Positions 20,009 through 29,515 of a DNA stretch of 45,701 nucleotides are shown here, in pieces (within the stretch, counting starts at the first letter, position 1; each line of letters starts with the position of its first letter). Below the pieces are notes generated by a model. That model saw only the letters and a list, made by a program, of their open reading frames with translations. It did not search any database and was not told the origin of the DNA. A program made the position numbers and the translations under genes. Origin of the DNA: Candidatus Aenigmarchaeota archaeon LH_S6 (GTDB lineage Archaea; Aenigmatarchaeota; Aenigmatarchaeia; QMZS01); assembly GCA_023659935.1 (NCBI GenBank), contig JAGXOK010000004.1, positions 1 to 45,701 on the forward strand, read 5' to 3'.

Positions 20009-20343
20009 AACAGGTAATTCTTGTTAGGAAAGATTTAAAATTAGGTAAAGGGAAGATTGGATCTCAGGTTGCCCACGCAAGTTTAGGGGCTTATAGAAGA
20101 ACAGAAAAAAAGAGAAGAGAGGAGTGGGATAAAGAAGGAAGTAAAAAAATTGTTTTGAAAGTTGAAGACGAATCCAAATTAATTAAATTTCAGGAAATTG
20201 CAAGAGAAAAGAAACTCTCAAATTTTCTTGTTATAGATGCTGGGCTGACACAGGTTCCGAGAGCAACAATCACTTCTTTAGGGATTGGTCCAGCAGAGGA
20301 CGAAAAAATTGATGAAATTGTTAAAGATTTAAAACTTCTATAA
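20005..20343 (+). CDS. pth2: Peptidyl-tRNA hydrolase Pth2
   Basis: MKQVILVRKDLKLGKGKIGSQVAHAS...DAGLTQV...LGIGP. Confidence 0.95.
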   Translation: MKQVILVRKDLKLGKGKIGSQVAHASLGAYRRTEKKRREEWDKEGSKKIVLKVEDESKLIKFQEIAREKKLSNFLVIDAGLTQVPRATITSLGIGPAEDEKIDEIVKDLKLL

Positions 20344-20383
20344 TGAAGTTTTTTAAAAAAAGGCTTCAGCCAAAAAAAGAACT

Positions 20384-21106
20384 ATGTTATATTTAATAGG
20401 ACTCGGTCTCTGGGATGAGAAAGATATACCTCTTAAAGGTCTGGAAATAGCAAAAAAATGTGATAAAATTTTTATTGAGAAATATACAAGTTTCTGGAAT
20501 GGTAATCTAAAAAGTTTAGGTATAAAAGTAGAGGAATTAAAGAGGGAAGACCTGGAAGATAATATTAATAAAATTCTAAAAGATGCTAAGAAAAAAGATG
20601 TTGCCTTGTTAGTTCCAGGAGACCCTCTAATCGCAACAACCCACATTTCTATTTTAGTAGAAGCAAAGAAAAAAAATATTAGAACCAAAATAATCCATTC
20701 GAGTTCAATTTTTTCTGCTCTTGGGGAGACTGGACTGCAAATCTACAAATTCGGAAAAATTTCTACAATTCCTTTTTGTTATTCTAAGTCACCCTATAAA
20801 ATTCTGGAAGAAAATTTAAAACAGGAAGCCCATACTTTGTTTTTGCTGGATATAACAAAAGAAAAATTGATGAGTTGTGGTGAAGGGTTAAAAATCCTTC
20901 TTGATTTGGAAAATAAATTCAGGAAAAAACTAATTTCAAAAGAAACAGAAATACTTGTCTTTTGCAAAGTTGGAAGTGAGGAACAAGTTTTAAAATATGA
21001 TAAAATAGGAAAATTGCTTAATTTAAACTGCTCTCCCTGTGTTATTGTTGTCCCAGGAAAATTACACTTTCTTGAGAGAGAATCTTTGACTTCTTTAAAA
21101 ACTTAA
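20384..21106 (+). CDS. dph5: Diphthine synthase
   Basis: MLYLIGLGL, EKYTS, VPGDPLIATTH, TGLQIYKFGK, HTLFLLD, LHFLE. Confidence 0.95.
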   Translation: MLYLIGLGLWDEKDIPLKGLEIAKKCDKIFIEKYTSFWNGNLKSLGIKVEELKREDLEDNINKILKDAKKKDVALLVPGDPLIATTHISILVEAKKKNIRTKIIHSSSIFSALGETGLQIYKFGKISTIPFCYSKSPYKILEENLKQEAHTLFLLDITKEKLMSCGEGLKILLDLENKFRKKLISKETEILVFCKVGSEEQVLKYDKIGKLLNLNCSPCVIVVPGKLHFLERESLTSLKT

Positions 21107-21117
21107 AAATAATTTAT

Positions 21118-21359
21118 GCCCTTGTTGTCTAGTCCGGTCAAGGATACCGCCCTTTCGCAGTCATTCCTTCTTTTAAAAAAGAAGGTCTGACAACCTAAGG
21201 AAACAAATTTATGTATTACACGCAAATAGGGAAATCTGAGGTATGAGAAAGGTTTGAGACTTTAAAGTCTATGAAATGGAGATAGGCGGGGACCTGGGTT
21301 CAAAGGCATCCCTTTCCTTTTAGAAAAAGAAAAGATGTTTGGAAATCCCAGCAGGGGCA
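21118..21359 (+). tRNA. tRNA-Glu(TTC) with two introns: 37/38 (21158-21283, 126 nt) and T-loop ~59/60 (21305-21345, 41 nt)
   Basis: Acceptor GCCCTTG/CAGGGGC; anticodon stem CCGCC/GGCGG; anticodon at 21154-21156; T stem CTGGG/CCCAG. BHB-like central helices CTTT/GGAG and TTCA/TGGA. Confidence 0.88.
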
Positions 21360-21366
21360 ATCTAAT

Positions 21367-21810
21367 ATGAGTAAAGTAAAAATTTATGTACCTAAGGGTA
21401 TAAATGATGTTGGCTATAAAACAAAAGATTCTGTTGGTTATGATATCTGTTCACTTGAAAGGGTTAAAATTCAAGCAAAATCCAGTAGATTGGTAGATAC
21501 AGGAATAATAATCAGAACTGACCAAAAAGATTTTTTCCCTGCGATATTTATCAGAAGTTCTCTCCCAGTTAAGAAAAATCTGATAATGCTAAATTCTGTA
21601 GGAGTTATTGATTTAGATTATTGCGGAGAAAAAGATTCAATAAAACTGAATCTTTATAATATAGGAGAAAAAGAAGTTGTCATTGAAAAAGGAGAGAGAA
21701 TAGGGCAGATTGTTTTTTTGAGATTTGAGAGACCTGAATTAGAGGAAGTTTCTGATATTGAAATATTTGAAAAAAATAGCAGAGGGGGTTTTGGAAGCAC
21801 AGATAAATAA
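21367..21810 (+). CDS. dut: dUTP diphosphatase (trimeric dUTPase)
   Basis: SVGYDI, RSS, GVIDLDY.G, ERIGQ, RGGFGST motifs. Confidence 0.93.
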   Translation: MSKVKIYVPKGINDVGYKTKDSVGYDICSLERVKIQAKSSRLVDTGIIIRTDQKDFFPAIFIRSSLPVKKNLIMLNSVGVIDLDYCGEKDSIKLNLYNIGEKEVVIEKGERIGQIVFLRFERPELEEVSDIEIFEKNSRGGFGSTDK

Positions 21811-22386
21811 CTATTTTCCTTGTCCTCTTTTTGTTCCAATATTTGGCCTGATTTTTTCAGCACCTTTACCTTTCTTCGTTAGACCTCTGGATTTTTTACC
21901 TGCAGAAGTTAAACCCCTTAAAACCCTATTCTTGTTTTTCCTTGAGAGAATCCAGTTAATAGATTTATCATTTTTTATCTGGGGATGGTTTTTGTCAACT
22001 AAAATAACTTCGTACCATTTGCTTTTTCCATCTTCTCCAACCCAGTAAGAGTTAAGGACTTCTAAATTAGGAAATTTTTTTGCAATCCTTTCTTCTGAAA
22101 TAACCTGCTTGCTTTTTTTTGCTGGGATTCTTGTCCCAAGTTTTGAAGGCTTTCTTCCTTTTGTTACCCTCTTTCTTACTCTTGTTCCCTTTTTGATTTT
22201 TACTCTTACAACAACAAAACCCTGTTTTGCTTTATAACCCAAAGTCTTAGCCCTATCTATTCTTGTTGGCTTGTCTATTTTTGTGATAACTCTCTGTTTC
22301 CTGAAATCTATCAATTTCTCTTTGTATAACTTGTTTTCTTTGGGTTTTTTCCACGCTTTCTGAATATACTTGCTGAATACCACCAT
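21811..22386 (-). CDS. rpl15e: 50S ribosomal protein L15e
   Basis: PTRIDRAKTLGYKAKQG, LEVLNSYWVGEDG, RGLTSAGKKSRGL. Confidence 0.97.
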   Translation of the reverse strand: MVVFSKYIQKAWKKPKENKLYKEKLIDFRKQRVITKIDKPTRIDRAKTLGYKAKQGFVVVRVKIKKGTRVRKRVTKGRKPSKLGTRIPAKKSKQVISEERIAKKFPNLEVLNSYWVGEDGKSKWYEVILVDKNHPQIKNDKSINWILSRKNKNRVLRGLTSAGKKSRGLTKKGKGAEKIRPNIGTKRGQGK

Positions 22387-22421
22387 AAAAATACTAAACT
22401 AATTAATATATTAGGTACATT

Positions 22422-22709
22422 ATGAACGCGGTAGTAAAGTTGATAATTGGTTTGCTGGTGGCAATAGCAGGAATAGCATGGTATGTGTATCACAGTGCTT
22501 TTGAAGCAGTGGAATTGGTAGACTCTCTTCTTAGTCTGGAGACAATTCTCGTTGGTTCAATAGGACTTATTTTACTAGTTATAGGAGTGCTTGTAGTCTG
22601 GATTGAAGCAGAAGAAATCAGGGATACAATGAAAGAGAAAAAAGCGAAGGAAAAGGAGAAAAAAGAAGTAAAAAAACCAAAAAAAACAAAGGAAACAAAG
22701 AAAAAATAA
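22422..22709 (+). CDS. Small two-TM membrane protein with a Lys-rich tail
   Basis: Two hydrophobic segments; followed by an oligo-T tract. Confidence 0.7.
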   Translation: MNAVVKLIIGLLVAIAGIAWYVYHSAFEAVELVDSLLSLETILVGSIGLILLVIGVLVVWIEAEEIRDTMKEKKAKEKEKKEVKKPKKTKETKKK

Positions 22710-22748
22710 TTTATTTTTCATTTTTAGATTTTTTAGTTTTTGTTTTAT
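22710..22748 (+). terminator. Putative oligo-T archaeal terminator
   Basis: Several T4-T6 runs directly after the stop codon. Confidence 0.4.
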
Positions 22749-22909
22749 AGAGTAGATTTAGTCCTTAAGAAGTTAGGAATAGGTTTTTCAATCAATATTT
22801 TAATTTATCAGTTTATTTATGGCTCAGAAGAAAATTACTGAAATAAATTTAAAGTTTGAGATTTTTGTTGAGGAAGAATTTAAAAAGAATGATAAACTTG
22901 GGTATAACT

Positions 22910-25351
22910 ATGAGTAACTTTCAAGAAAAGATTAGTTTTATCTGGGATCTGGCAGATTTGCTGAGAGGTGTATATAAAAGAAATGAATATCAAAAAGTAA
23001 TCCTCCCTTTTATGGTTCTTAAACGATTTGACTGTGCTTTAAGGGATTCAAAAAAAGTAATTCTTGAAACTTATAATAGGTACAAAGATCAGTTTGAAAA
23101 TAAGGAACATGTTCTTCAAGATGCGGCAAAGGATAAAAAGGGAAATCCATTAGGGTTTTATAATAATTCGAAATATGATTTTAAAGCTCTGCTTGAAGAC
23201 CCGGAAAATATTGAACAGAATTTAATGCATTATCTTGACTGCTTTAGCAGCAATGTTCAGGATATTTTTGAGAACTTTAAAATTAAAGAGAGTATCAGAG
23301 AATTAGCTAAAGCAGATCTTTTATTTCGGCTAATTAAAAAATTCTCAGAATCAAAAGTTGACCTCCATCCAGATATTGTTTCTAATCACGAAATGGGAAC
23401 TATTTTTGAAGAGTTAATTAGAAAGTTTGCAGAGCAGTCAAATGTGGAAGCAGGAGAGTACTTTACTCCTAGGGATGTTGTTGGATTAATGACCAGGTTA
23501 ATTTTTGTTGAGAATGGCGAGAATCTGGAACAGAGGAATATTATCAAAACCGTGTATGACCCTGCCTGTGGTACAGGTGGCATGCTCACAAGTTGTGAAG
23601 ATTTTATCACGAGTATAAATAAGGAAGTTGATGTTGTTTTATTTGGACAAGAGGTCAATCCAGAGATTTATGCCATTTGTAAGGCAGATATGCTGATGAA
23701 AGGAGAGAACGATAAGAATATCAAGGGTCCTTTCAGCACGCTTTCAAAAGACCAATTCCCTGATAATAAATTTGATTTTATCATTTCTAATCCTCCTTAC
23801 GGTAGAAAATGGGAGCTGGATGCAGATGCAGTAAAAAACGAAGCTGAAAAGGGGTTTGAAGGAAGGTTTGGAGCGGGACTACCGCGGATAAATGACGGGC
23901 AGTTGTTATTCTTGCAGCACATGATTTCCAAGATGAAATTAAAGGAGAAATCAAGAGTTGCTGTGATTACAAACGGCTCACCTTTATTTACGGGGGATGC
24001 CGGACAGGGAGAAAGCGATATAAGAAAGTGGATGATTGAAAACGATTATGTTGAAGCAATAATTGCCTTGCCTGACCAGTTGTTTTTCAATACAGGCATC
24101 TATACATATATTTGGGTATTGACTAATGAAAAACCAACTGAGAGAGTTGGCAAAATACAGTTGATTGATGCTACTTCCTTTTTTAAAAAAATGCGGAAAA
24201 GTTTAGGGAAAAAAAGGAATGAGCTTTCTGCTGACGATATTAAGGAGATTGTTGAGTTGTATGACGATTTTGAAGAAAACAAATATTGTAAAATCTTTGA
24301 TAATGAAGCATTTGGCTATACTAAAGTTATTGTTAAAAGACCTTTGCAGTTGAATTATCAAGTCACAGAAGAAAGGCTGGAAAATCTTTATTCAATTCCT
24401 GTTTTTAGAAAATTGGCTGAGAGTAAGAAAAAGAATCCTGAATTAAAACTGAAAGAAGAAGAGGAAGGTAAGAAGAAACAGGAAGAGATTGTTAGTGCAT
24501 TAAAAAAGATTGGGAATAACTTATACAAGAATTGGAATGAATTTGAGAAAAATGTTAAAGAAGCATTGAAAGAGTTTGATTTATCACCAAATTTTATTAA
24601 AAATATTATTCGTGCTTTGTCTGAGCATGATGATTCTGCGGATTATGTTTTAGATGCCAAAGGCAAAAAACAGCCAGACTCAAATTTAAGAGATTCTGAG
24701 AAGGTTCCATTGAAGCAGGATATTGAAGAATATTTTGATAGAGAGGTTAAGCCTTATTATCCAGACGCATGGATGGACAGAAAAAAGGACAAGATTGGCT
24801 ATGAGATTAATTTCACTCAATATTTTTACGAATACGAGCCACCAAGACCTCTGGAAGAGATTGAAAAAGACATAAAAGAGGTTACTGGTGAGATTCAGGA
24901 GCTTTTGAAAGAGGAGTTTAGGTCTAAAACAAATCTAAAAATATCAACTCTTTATGTTTATACAGATGGAGGAAGTAGGGGTAATCCTGGTCCTTCAGCT
25001 ATAGGTATTGTCTTCTTTGATGAAAATAAAAACCAAATTGCAGAACACAAAGAATGTATTGGAGAGGGCACAAACAATCAAGCAGAATATAGGGCATTAA
25101 TCAAAGCTTTAGAATTAGCAACTGCACATTGTAGGAAAAAAATAACGTGTTTTCTTGATAGTGAACTAGTAGTTAGGCAACTGAGCGGGGCTTATAGAAT
25201 AAAAAATGAAAAATTAAGAGAATTATTTTATGTTATTAAAGACAAAGAAAAGGCATTTGAAGAGGTGGTTTATAATCACACAAAAAGGTCAAATAAATTC
25301 ATACACTATGCCGATAAATTAGTAAATGATGCCTTGGAGGGAAGGGAATAA
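22910..25351 (+). CDS. hsdM: Type I R-M methyltransferase subunit HsdM with a C-terminal RNase HI domain (about 24947-25351)
   Basis: GEYFTPR, YDPACGTGG, NPPY and the HsdM end GYEINF..YFY.Y.PPRPLEEI, then in frame YTDGGSRGNPGP...TNNQAEY...DSELVV.Q...ADKLVN. Likely start is MSNFQ at 22910. Confidence 0.93.
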   Translation: MSNFQEKISFIWDLADLLRGVYKRNEYQKVILPFMVLKRFDCALRDSKKVILETYNRYKDQFENKEHVLQDAAKDKKGNPLGFYNNSKYDFKALLEDPENIEQNLMHYLDCFSSNVQDIFENFKIKESIRELAKADLLFRLIKKFSESKVDLHPDIVSNHEMGTIFEELIRKFAEQSNVEAGEYFTPRDVVGLMTRLIFVENGENLEQRNIIKTVYDPACGTGGMLTSCEDFITSINKEVDVVLFGQEVNPEIYAICKADMLMKGENDKNIKGPFSTLSKDQFPDNKFDFIISNPPYGRKWELDADAVKNEAEKGFEGRFGAGLPRINDGQLLFLQHMISKMKLKEKSRVAVITNGSPLFTGDAGQGESDIRKWMIENDYVEAIIALPDQLFFNTGIYTYIWVLTNEKPTERVGKIQLIDATSFFKKMRKSLGKKRNELSADDIKEIVELYDDFEENKYCKIFDNEAFGYTKVIVKRPLQLNYQVTEERLENLYSIPVFRKLAESKKKNPELKLKEEEEGKKKQEEIVSALKKIGNNLYKNWNEFEKNVKEALKEFDLSPNFIKNIIRALSEHDDSADYVLDAKGKKQPDSNLRDSEKVPLKQDIEEYFDREVKPYYPDAWMDRKKDKIGYEINFTQYFYEYEPPRPLEEIEKDIKEVTGEIQELLKEEFRSKTNLKISTLYVYTDGGSRGNPGPSAIGIVFFDENKNQIAEHKECIGEGTNNQAEYRALIKALELATAHCRKKITCFLDSELVVRQLSGAYRIKNEKLRELFYVIKDKEKAFEEVVYNHTKRSNKFIHYADKLVNDALEGRE

Positions 25352-25355
25352 TAAT

Positions 25356-26561
25356 ATGAAACTCAAACCATATCCAAAATATAAGGATTCGGGAATACAA
25401 TGGATTGGAAAGATTCCAGAGGGGTGGGGAGTGAGAAAGATAAAATTTGTTACTCAAGTTTATAGTGGTACAGATGGAAAAGATGAAGGCAACTTTCCAC
25501 TATATGGTGCAAACGGCATTATTGGAAAATGTAAAAGACCAACTTTTAAGGAAGAAAAGGTTATTATTGGTCGAGTAGGATCTTCAGGTGAAATAAATTA
25601 TGCTGAAGGCCATTATTGTGTTTCAGATAATGCGTTAGTACTTAATAATACAAAGAAAATAATATCAAAACATTTGTTTTATGCATTAAATATTATTGAT
25701 TTTTCTATTGATGTCACTCTTAATGCTCAGCCTTTATTAACCGCAACAAATGTAAAAAATAAATTTTTAGTTTTTCCTCCCTTCTCCGACCAAACCGCCA
25801 TCACAAACTTTTTAGATAAAAAAACTGCTAAAACTAATGTCCTGATTGAAAAAGACAAAAAACTAATCGCACTTCTGAAAGAAAAGCGAACCGCCATGAT
25901 AAATCGTGCTGTAACAAAAGGGCTTGACCCGAATGTAAAATTAAAGGATTCAGGAATAAAATGGATTGGGAAGATTCCGGAGGGGTGGGAAGTGAGAAAG
26001 TTGAAATTTAAGGAGACTGTAATAATGGGTCAATCTCCTGATTCAGAAAGTTATAATTATGATAATATAGGTTTTCCATTTTTACAGGGAAATGCAGATT
26101 TTTCAGAGTTCTACCCACAGCCTTCTACTTGGTGTGATAATGCAAATAAATATACGTTAAAGAATGCCATTCTATTATCTGTAAGGGCCCCAATAGGGGC
26201 TTTAAACATAGCGGATCAAAAATATGGAATTGGTAGGGGATTATGTGCAATTCGTGTGAAAATATCTAACTTGAAATATATTTATTATCAACTTATGACA
26301 TGTATAGACTATTTAAATAGCATAGGAACTGGTTCAACATACACTGCAATTTCAACAGAGGATGTAATGAATCTTCCAATGCGATATCCACCAAAACCAG
26401 AACAAACCGCCATCGCCAATTTTTTAGACAGAGCCACCGCTAAAATAGATAAAACAATAAAACTTATAGAACAAAAAGTCAATCTTTTAGAAGAATATAA
26501 AAAATCCTTAATTCATTATGTTGTTACAGGCAAGGTTGATGTAAGAGGAGTTGAAACATGA
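25356..26561 (+). CDS. hsdS: Type I R-M specificity subunit
   Basis: Two TRDs flanked by the repeated KDSGI.WIGKIPEGW and PP..EQTAI.NFLD blocks; ends VVTGK. Likely start 25356. Confidence 0.93.
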   Translation: MKLKPYPKYKDSGIQWIGKIPEGWGVRKIKFVTQVYSGTDGKDEGNFPLYGANGIIGKCKRPTFKEEKVIIGRVGSSGEINYAEGHYCVSDNALVLNNTKKIISKHLFYALNIIDFSIDVTLNAQPLLTATNVKNKFLVFPPFSDQTAITNFLDKKTAKTNVLIEKDKKLIALLKEKRTAMINRAVTKGLDPNVKLKDSGIKWIGKIPEGWEVRKLKFKETVIMGQSPDSESYNYDNIGFPFLQGNADFSEFYPQPSTWCDNANKYTLKNAILLSVRAPIGALNIADQKYGIGRGLCAIRVKISNLKYIYYQLMTCIDYLNSIGTGSTYTAISTEDVMNLPMRYPPKPEQTAIANFLDRATAKIDKTIKLIEQKVNLLEEYKKSLIHYVVTGKVDVRGVET

Positions 26562-29506
26562 AACATACAGACACTTCAGAAAAATCATTTCAAAATGATA
26601 TTATCAGTCATTTAGTCAGTACTGGTTATCATCAGAGAGGCAACCATAATTACAATAGAGCTTCCTGCATAGACCCTGAATTAACCTTAAAATTTATTCT
26701 GGATACTCAACCAAAAGAATGGAAAAAGTTTCAGAGGGTTTACGGAGAACAAGCAGAGCGAAAATTCTTTTATCGTTTGGTGAATGAAATTGATAAAAAA
26801 GGAACGATTAATGTTTTGAGAAATGGGTTTAAGGATGTTGGCTGCCACTTTGAATTATTCTATCCAAAACCAAATACACATAAAAATCCTGACTTGTTTG
26901 AGAAATTTGATAAAAATATTTTCTCTGTTATTAATGAATTAGAATACGAGCAGAAAGAAGATGGCAAGAGGCTGGATTTGGTTATTTCTATTAATGGACT
27001 GCCAATCATCACAATTGAACTAAAAGATACATTTTCCCAGGGTGTTGAGAGAGCAATAAAACAATACAGGAAAGAAAGAGACCCCAGAGAAAAAATCTTC
27101 CAGAGATGTTTTGTTCATTTTGCCATGAGCGATGAAAAGATATATATGGCAACGAAACTGGAAGGATCAAAAACTAGATTTCTACCTTTTAATAAGGGGC
27201 TTGAAAACCCGGAAGTAAATAAAAACGATTATAAAACCTCATACTTATACAACGATATTCTGCAGATAAACAAACTATCAAAATTGATCTCGAATTTCAT
27301 CTATATGGAAAAAAACGAGGATACAAGAGAAGTAAAACCTATTTTTCCAAGATACCATCAATTGGATTGTGTTAATCTCTTGTTAGCAGATGCAAAACCT
27401 GGTAAGAATTACCTGATTGAACATAGTAACGGAAGCGGGAAAACAAAAACCATTGCGTGGCTTTCACACGGCTTAATAAGTAAATTCAACAGCTTAGACA
27501 ACAGGGTTTATGATATGGTTATTGTTGTTTCTGACAGAAGAGTTATAGACAAGCAGCTTCAGAATCAAGTGCAATCTATTGAAAAAGTAAAGGGGATAGT
27601 AGAAAAAATAGAAAAACACTCTGAACAACTTAGAGAAGCATTGGAGACAGGAAGCAATATTGTTGTTACAACGCTACACAAATTCCCGTATATTTTAAAA
27701 GAGGTTAAAGACCTACCAAAACGGAACTATGCAGTAATAATTGATGAGGCACACTCTTCTCAAACTGGCACAATGGCAAGAGAAATGAAACAAGCTCTCA
27801 GCACGAATAGTCTTGAAGGGGCGGAAGCATTAGACAATGAAGGAATGGATGAAGTTAATGAAGAGATGGATGAAGTTGATGAGGAAATCCTTAAGGAAAT
27901 TGAATCTTACAGAAATCTGAAAAATATAAGTTTCTTCGCATTTACAGCCACTCCTAAAAGAAAAACCCTGGAGATGTTTGGAATGCCCGATGAATATGGG
28001 CATTATTACCCATTTCATAGATATACAATGAAACAAGCAATTGAAGAAGATTTTATTCTCGACGTTCTCAAGAATTATTTGACTTATCCAACCTACTTTA
28101 AATTAGTTAAGAAAATACAGGATGATCCCGAATATGATGAGAAAAAAGCCAAGAGATTACTAAGAAATTTTGTAGAGCAACATCCGGTAGCAATAGCAAG
28201 AAAAACAGACATCATGCTGAATCATTTCATGAGTTCTACAATCCATAAAATTAATGGCAAAGCCAGGGCAATGGTTGTGACAAGATCAAGACTCCATGCC
28301 GTATTATATAAAAAGGCATTTGACAAACTAATTAAGGAAAATAATTATTCAATTAAAAGCTTAGTGGCTTTTACAGGCGTAGTTAAACATGACGAACAGG
28401 AATACACAGAAAATTCTATGAATGATCTACCAGCTAAAAAGACAATTGAAAATGCATTTGAGGAAGACCCATACAAAATTTTAATTGTAGCTAATAAATA
28501 TAAGACTGGTTTTGATCAGCCATTATTACACACGATGTACGTTGACAAAATGTTAAATGGAATTACTGCAGTTCAAACTCTGTGCAGGGTAAATAGAATC
28601 TATCCACCACATAAGAATGATACCTTAATTCTGGATTTTGCAAACAAAACAGAGGTAATTCAAAAGGCGTTCCAGCCATATTATGAAACTACATTCCTTG
28701 AAGAAGCTACAGACCCGCATAAGTTGTATGAATTAGAGGAGAAATTATTGGATTATCAAGTATTTGATAAATCTGATATTGAAACTTTTGTTAAAGCATG
28801 GAAAAAAGGAGAACCACAACCTAAATTGCACAATATCTTAAGTCCTGTTGTAAATGAATTCAGGCAAAAAACTAAGAAAGAGCAGGTTGAATTCAAGAAA
28901 ACTCTGAGAAGGTATCAAAATATCTATTCTTTTCTATCACAACTTATTCCCTTTTCTGATATTAATCTGGAAAAGTTATTTATATTTGACAAATTCTTAA
29001 GCAAAAAACTCCCAACAATAAACAATCCTATTCCATTTAGTGTTTTACAGGATGTGGATATTGATTCATATCAAATTGTAAAGAAAGGTAAAAAAGAAAT
29101 AAAAATTGAATCTGAAGGAGAACTAAAACCCATCTCCGCTGGTGTTGGTGAATATGCTCCTGACATAAATGCAAAAATATCAAAAATCATTAAGGATCTT
29201 AACGATGCATTTGGGACTGATTTTACAGATGATGATAAAGTCTTCTTAGGCAGAGTAAAAGACAACCTTTTAGAGGACAAAGAACTAAAAAACAAGATAG
29301 AACATAACTCGAAGGAAAACGTAAATGTAATATTTCCTAAATATTTAGATAGAGAATTAAGTAAGCTCTTAAACAGCAACATGAATTCTTATAAAAAAAT
29401 AGTTGATAATGAAGAATTAAGGAAGAAAATTGAATCCGCCTTATTTGAGTTAGTATATTCCGAGTTTAATAAATACAAAAAGAAGTCTAATAAAAATTTT
29501 AAATAG
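26558..29506 (+). CDS. hsdR: Type I R-M restriction subunit
   Basis: Nuclease D..INGLP..IELK, Walker A GSGKT, DEAH, FTATP, TGFDQP, AVQTL.RVNR. Confidence 0.95.
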   Translation: MKHTDTSEKSFQNDIISHLVSTGYHQRGNHNYNRASCIDPELTLKFILDTQPKEWKKFQRVYGEQAERKFFYRLVNEIDKKGTINVLRNGFKDVGCHFELFYPKPNTHKNPDLFEKFDKNIFSVINELEYEQKEDGKRLDLVISINGLPIITIELKDTFSQGVERAIKQYRKERDPREKIFQRCFVHFAMSDEKIYMATKLEGSKTRFLPFNKGLENPEVNKNDYKTSYLYNDILQINKLSKLISNFIYMEKNEDTREVKPIFPRYHQLDCVNLLLADAKPGKNYLIEHSNGSGKTKTIAWLSHGLISKFNSLDNRVYDMVIVVSDRRVIDKQLQNQVQSIEKVKGIVEKIEKHSEQLREALETGSNIVVTTLHKFPYILKEVKDLPKRNYAVIIDEAHSSQTGTMAREMKQALSTNSLEGAEALDNEGMDEVNEEMDEVDEEILKEIESYRNLKNISFFAFTATPKRKTLEMFGMPDEYGHYYPFHRYTMKQAIEEDFILDVLKNYLTYPTYFKLVKKIQDDPEYDEKKAKRLLRNFVEQHPVAIARKTDIMLNHFMSSTIHKINGKARAMVVTRSRLHAVLYKKAFDKLIKENNYSIKSLVAFTGVVKHDEQEYTENSMNDLPAKKTIENAFEEDPYKILIVANKYKTGFDQPLLHTMYVDKMLNGITAVQTLCRVNRIYPPHKNDTLILDFANKTEVIQKAFQPYYETTFLEEATDPHKLYELEEKLLDYQVFDKSDIETFVKAWKKGEPQPKLHNILSPVVNEFRQKTKKEQVEFKKTLRRYQNIYSFLSQLIPFSDINLEKLFIFDKFLSKKLPTINNPIPFSVLQDVDIDSYQIVKKGKKEIKIESEGELKPISAGVGEYAPDINAKISKIIKDLNDAFGTDFTDDDKVFLGRVKDNLLEDKELKNKIEHNSKENVNVIFPKYLDRELSKLLNSNMNSYKKIVDNEELRKKIESALFELVYSEFNKYKKKSNKNFK

Positions 29507-29515
29507 TAAAATAAT

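Noticed and set aside
21158-21283. Canonical C/D box sRNA inside the tRNA-Glu intron
   Set aside because: CTGA is present twice, but there is no convincing RTGATGA box C and only a 6-bp potential guide.
22820-22832. GGCTCAGAAG as a possible att duplicate of the tRNA-Asn 3' end (GCCTCAGGAAG)
   Set aside because: Too short and mismatched to distinguish from chance.
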